DNA of 54,729 nucleotides, filler included, from Porpidia crustulata (Eukaryota): NCBI GenBank assembly GCA_964255105.1. It is 3 parts of 3 records of this genome, joined end to end, with 100 filler letters (N's around TTAATTAATTAA, not from the genome) between each part and the next. Parts side by side here need not be neighbours in the genome. Positions count along the whole stretch, not along the records: positions 36,582 to 54,729 come from CAXUWE010000191.1; 2 more parts are not named here. One strand, 5' to 3'. Shown piece by piece: positions 49,414 to 54,729 of this stretch (position 1 is its first letter; each line of letters starts with the position of its first letter). The notes under the pieces were generated by a model. It saw only the letters and a program-made list of their open reading frames with translations, ran no database searches and was not told where the DNA came from. The position numbers and the translations under genes were made by a program.

Positions 49414-52400
49414 ATGGCAGTCAACGGAGATCCTTTTCGTCTGTTTCTCCCAAGCCTTAAATCGCCTGAACCAATGGATCAGACCATGGTTGGCACCGAG
49501 GAAAACGATACCGATTTCTTCAATTCAGCATATAGCACAGCATTCAACTCGCCTGGACAGATGTACTCCGATGATATTTCTGTAGATTCTCCGGGCCAGG
49601 TTCTGCAAGAAAGTGGACGACCAAAAACTATAGACCCCGCACGTATTCACTCTGCTGAGAGCTCTCCTCCGGACTCGTCGTCTGAATCGTCGACAAGACA
49701 TAAGCGCAATATCTCCTCCAATTCATCTCAATCCGGGCTGCTCGGAGGCGATGTTCCCATGACAGACCATGGACACCCAGCCACTTGGAAAGGTGCGGTT
49801 GCAATGGAAGCAGAGCAATCTGGAAAACGTCTCAAGAGCAATATGCCTTCCGCCCATGTAGATATTGATATGAGCAACCGAGCAATGGAGAACCACTTTG
49901 ATTTTGAGAGCGCTGCAAGCAGTCCGAGTCCACCTCCGGATCCAAACGCCCTCAACACCAGTGGCATCAAAGGTTTGAAGATGCCGATTCGCTCGCCTCG
50001 TCCGCAGCCTTTGCCTAACCTCAATCACCACCATTCCATGCCAGCTGTAAGAACTCTTTCTTTCCAAGCGCTTGCTATATCGCAGGTTACAACAGGCAGT
50101 AGCTGACTGATCCAATTTCTGCAGGGGTCTTACCAGGCATATTCAACGACAAAGATGATGGAGAATCCGGATGCTTGGCCGCCTGGCTCGTTCCCCGTAC
50201 TTGGAACAACCGCAAACCTCCTAGGACAGTATCCTAATAACTTTGTGTTCCACGGCCTTCCTCACCCCAACGCATTTCCGATAAACAATAGCCTGGCCCG
50301 TTACGATGAGTCTGGTAGTGTATCTCCAGCTCTGACACCCTTTGCAACAGAAAGCGTCCACTTCTTGCCCCACGCACTTACGAATGGTTCCTCATATACG
50401 ACTGCTTCATCCCCAAAGCTCTATGTTCATCCGGTGCGAGAGAAGTCGCGCGTCGAAACCCAGATACCCATCAAGTTGACTTTACATCCAATGCCGCTGG
50501 GCATAACGAAGCTCCATTTGCAGACACATACGATCTCCAAACCAAAGCTTATAGCAAAGCCGACCCCTACCAAGTCGCTTGAGATGTTGGAAATGTATAC
50601 GATGCTCGTGTGTACAAGTGCTATGCAAGACTCGGCCAAAGTTCAGCGCGCCTTAGCACGGGCTGCTGATCCCACATTCACCATCCAGTACGAAGGGCGC
50701 CGCTCTTCCTCTGGCGGCTCTCCTTTGCCAGAAGATGATGAGACTAAGCCGCTGAACGGTGGACCTGTGAATATCTGTGCGGGCTGCATCACGCGAGAAC
50801 GAAAGCGGGCAGGTAGGAAAAAGAGTAAGAATAAGGAGGAGGAGGAACAATGGCAGGAGGACGAAGCCAGAAGGATCATCGTGTTTAACACACACGAAGT
50901 CAAAGACTGGCAGTCGCCATCGAAATCCAGTTCTAGCACACAGAGCATGGATGCAAATACCCCAAGCTCAGAATACTCCACTCCCCAACCGATAGTCCCA
51001 GAAGACGCTATGCAGGTTGATCTTCCAATGCGAATAGCTTGCTACTGCCGCCACCAAGAAGAGAAACTTGGGTTTCAGTAAGTTTTCTGGCTCGTTGAGC
51101 AGAGAGCTAGCTAACATGGCCCAGGGTGATATTCACGCTGAAGGACCACAAAGGCATCGTTGTTGCGCAGGCGATGACAAACCCCATTGTTGTGACTGAC
51201 GATCATAAAAACCCTGCCGACAAAGCCAAGGACGTCGCTGGTGCGCTTCCCTCGAAATTTTCGAAAACTGCCGAGAACATTCAATTTCCAGGTGCTGGCG
51301 TTTTCACCAAAGAAACCTTTGGACCTGCGCAACACACGTATGCTCATTCGACGACAGATCTTCAGGGTCTCCAACGTCAATTTAATCCTCATTTTACACA
51401 GCACGTATCTCGTATCCATTCTCGGAATACATCACAACCTGGATCTACTTCGACGACACCATATAACAATTCACGGGCAGCTTCGCCCTCACTCAACCCA
51501 GGACCACATTCTAAAAAGAGGAAGACCAGCGGTATTGGGAAAGTCCCAGATGGTCTGACTATGACAAGGTTACCGAACCCCCATGTCCCTGATAACCCGT
51601 TTTCTGGGGCAGTAGCCACCGGCTCAACAAGCGGAAGTCAAATGCCTTATGGACTTCACAATGGCAACGGGTCTTCCCCAGTTGGCCACTCTTTCCATCC
51701 CTCAACACAAAATCGTTTCCCTCGCTCAATGAACGGGAGCTCGTCGCCCTTCCAGCCAAATGGGAACCCACCAGCGCTCCCTTTGAATACCAACTTTGCC
51801 TCGTCGCCATCAGCTCATAACTTGTCAAACATGAACAATAACCCCGTCAACTTCTATCCCTCAGCATCTAGTACAAATCCACCGACACCGAACAATAACG
51901 ACTTTAATTTCTTTGCAAACGCGCAAAGATCACAGAGTATGGATGATCTTTCCACGCTGCAAGGTGTTCCATCGGTTTCGGGCGTTACTCATAGCCATTT
52001 GCAAAATCCTGCACTCGTTCAGCAAAATCTCAATTTCGATCGGTCAAGTTTCAACGGGCAAGCTGCCATCCAGATGACTCCCACTGTACAAGACAACGCA
52101 CATGCTGCTTTACGAAACCATGCACAGGCTCTCGCCACTTCCCTGAACGGACTATCAGGTGCAATTCCCCCACCTTACCAGCCGACTATACTAGAAGTAT
52201 TTCCTGCATCGGGCCCCAAGTCCGGAGGTATCAAGATTATAATCCTAGGTAACGGGTTTCGTGAAGGTCTAGAGGTTATATTTGGGGCCGCAATTGCGCC
52301 CACTACAACTAATTGGGGCTCCAAGTGCCTTGTGTGTACTTTACCTCCATGCAATGAAGAAATGAGCGTAAGAGTAAGATTACTCGATCGCTTTCAACAG

Positions 52401-53746
52401 GCTCAATTGGACCACCAACCGCCAGTCCATTTTAGGTATATTGATGACAACAAGCAGCAACTCATGGAACTAGCCCTAGCCTTTTTGAACAATAAATACA
52501 CTGGGAGGGACGAAGACGGAGAAGATGTTGCTCGTAATATCTTGAACAGCGTGGCTTCATCAAATGGTGGCGCAGGTCAGGCCGGCGCAGCTCTGGCCGG
52601 GTCAATGTCGAATGCCGAATTGCTTCGGTCAATGGATCTGGAAGCGTCAATAATGGGGTGTCTTGACCTTGTCGACATTGCTGAGAGTCCTTTTGCAACT
52701 CAGATCAATAGACAGCGACCTAATGGGCAAAGTATGCTACACTATAGTGCCTCTCTTGGATATCTTCGCCTGCTTGCCGGATTGCTAGCGCGAGGTGCTG
52801 ATCCGGACTTGCGAGATAACGGTGGCTTTACACCAATGCATATGGCAGCACTTAACGGTCACTTGCACATTATCCGAAAATTACGTTCGTCCGGTGGTGA
52901 TCCCACACTGCGAAGTTTGCGTGGGGCCACTCCGGCTGATGTTGCAGTTTCAAATGAGGTTCGAGAATTTGCCAGTAATCCTGATCACCATATGCGGTCG
53001 AGAAGTGCCGGAGCTACGATGACGTCTCGCCAGACCCTGGCTACTGAGGTCACTACGCAGAATGTAGTCAGCGAAGCAATGATTCAGAGTCCTGTGAATG
53101 AGGCGCCGACGCGCGAGCCTTCATTGAAAGTACGCTCAGCTGACGAATCATTGGGGCTTGACGATGACCTGGACGGCCAGACTCAAGTGGAAGGGGCTGA
53201 AGACGATCCTGTAATGGAATCACTCGCAGGTCCATCCTCGAAACCTCCAGCCTACGAGGAGATTTACCCTGCAGCAACGCAGCAGGACCACGATCTTAAG
53301 AAAGCCTCTACCATTCGTGCAGTAGGAGATGCTCTTCTGGATCAAAAATGTATCGAAAGCTTTGACGAAGTACAGGTCGGGAGCTCTGCGACAGCTGCTA
53401 CTACTGTTTCAGCTGCGGCTCCTGCGACAGCTTCAGATGGGACTACAAGCACCTCAGCCGAATCTAAACCGCAAAGTAATGAGAATGTGACCGGTTTGAT
53501 GACTGGCCCGAAACCAGTGAAGCGACTGAGAAGCGATAGGAAATTGTGGTTCGTTTGGGTAAGTGCTCCAAATATCAGTGTCATATTCCACATATTCTAA
53601 CATCTCAACAGATTCCAATATTAATCCTAGTCTGTCTCGCAATGCTCACAGAATGGATCCCGCCACTGCGAACTCTCCTCGGCAAACCCTTTCTGATCCT
53701 CCTCGGCGAGCCACTCCGGCAACTCCAACATCGTTTTATGATCTGA
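49414..53746 (+). CDS. MGA2: Spt23/Mga2-type ER-membrane-tethered transcription factor (DNA-binding-like domain, IPT/TIG, ankyrin repeats, C-terminal TM); exons 49414-50046, 50125-51077, 51125-53558, 53612-53746
   Basis: KSRVETQIPIKL, CAGCITRERKRA, MRIACYCRHQEEK, PIVVTDDHK, IPT (PASGPKSGGIKIIILGNGF), ankyrins (GQSMLHYSA, GFTPMHMAA), RLRSDRKLWFVW|IPILILVCLAML. Start codon uncertain. Confidence 0.9.
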
Positions 53747-54698
53747 GCGGGTGCTTTTGAATTTTGTCCGAAACAAGCGGTACGATGAATGAGGAATCGG
53801 AGATACGAAAGCGAAGGCGTTTGGGGGTTTGATTTCTTGTACATATTATTGGGAGACTTTGGACTTTTGTGGTCTTGGGGCAGTGTGGTCTGATTCTACG
53901 TGCTGTGTTATTCGTTTACGATCAAAGGCCGGTGGACCTGAATTTGTTTCTGCAGCGAACGTAATGTACGTTGAAAACGAGCCGTCAAGGGTGGATGGGT
54001 CCATGGAGGAGAAAACAGACTCCGAATCCGGTGGAATTGGCACGCGTTTGTCATTTACATTACTGCTTTGGTCATCTCGCTGCACGGGATGGGTCTTGAC
54101 ATTGATATTGGTGATGAAAGCGTCGCGACTCGAGGAGAGAGCGGTCGTTGATTGCGTTAGTCTCGGATGACGGGAGATGTTTTGATTTGTGTGTGTTTTG
54201 AAGCGTGGAATTTTTCATGTTCGGATTCGTTCTCTCGGATTTTTGTTGTCTTGTTTTTTCTATACCTTTCCCTCATACCTCATCCATCTTTATCCGTCCT
54301 TCCTCCTTCTTCCCTCCCCCTCGTGCAATAACATCTCAGCATCTCAACTCAAACAAAGTAACCTCTAAACTAACGACTCTTCTCAATCCTCGAAACGGGA
54401 GTATCGGGGGGGGATGATGATGATGGGGATTGATGAGGAAAGAGAAGAAACGAGGGACGGGAGAAAGAGAGAAGGGAGATGGGGAATGTGAGAACGAGAA
54501 AGCTGATGCGATATCTCCTTAACGAAGAATCGAAGTAAAGCATATGTGAAAAGATAAACATCTGTCAACACCATTTCAACTACCTCTTCATCATCGTCTT
54601 TCTTTTTTCTCTTCTTTCTCTCCTTTCTCTCATATCATACCCACATCCTACACACAAATATATTTTCTCATATCTTCTTCATCCTCGATCGTTCCATC

Positions 54699-54729
54699 CT
54701 TAACCCCATAAACCCCATAACCCCATAAC
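54699..54729 (+). repeat. Terminal (CCCCATAA)n octamer repeat after a pyrimidine-rich low-complexity tract
   Basis: TAACCCCATAAACCCCATAACCCCATAAC at the very end of the window. Confidence 0.75.

Noticed and set aside
341..53746. Lipid-regulation cluster of HMG1 with MGA2/SPT23
   Set aside because: The genes lie on different segments separated by artificial linkers, so no physical linkage is shown.
53829..54170. Short ORFs downstream of MGA2
   Set aside because: No ATG-led model with splice support and no recognisable motif.

Overview
Intron-rich filamentous ascomycete (Pezizomycotina) genomic DNA. The window is very probably three separate scaffolds of descending size (1-18210, 18311-36481, 36582-54729) joined by artificial N-TTAATTAATTAA-N spacers. 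Segment 1 carries HMG-CoA reductase, a DUF5872-like small basic protein, nicotinamidase, a metallo-beta-lactamase-fold hydrolase, a secreted His1 (LPMO-like/DUF7492-like) protein with a PAAPA linker, and a chromate (CHR) transporter. Segment 2 carries a TA-flanked MITE with a telomere-repeat core near each end, a disrupted DUF4048-like gene, a Sid1/MST-type Ste20 kinase, a DLD2-type dehydrogenase, proteasome alpha4, a CHY zinc-finger protein, an inositol polyphosphate 5-phosphatase and an MFS permease. Segment 3 carries a secreted Cys-rich protein with an aerolysin/ETX-like amphipathic Ser/Thr hairpin (invisible in the ORF track until spliced), a ~2140-aa NACHT-helical-repeat NLR-like gene containing a GC-AG intron, and an Spt23/Mga2-type membrane-tethered transcription factor. 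All exon structures were spliced by hand, and family names come from remembered motifs, not from searches.
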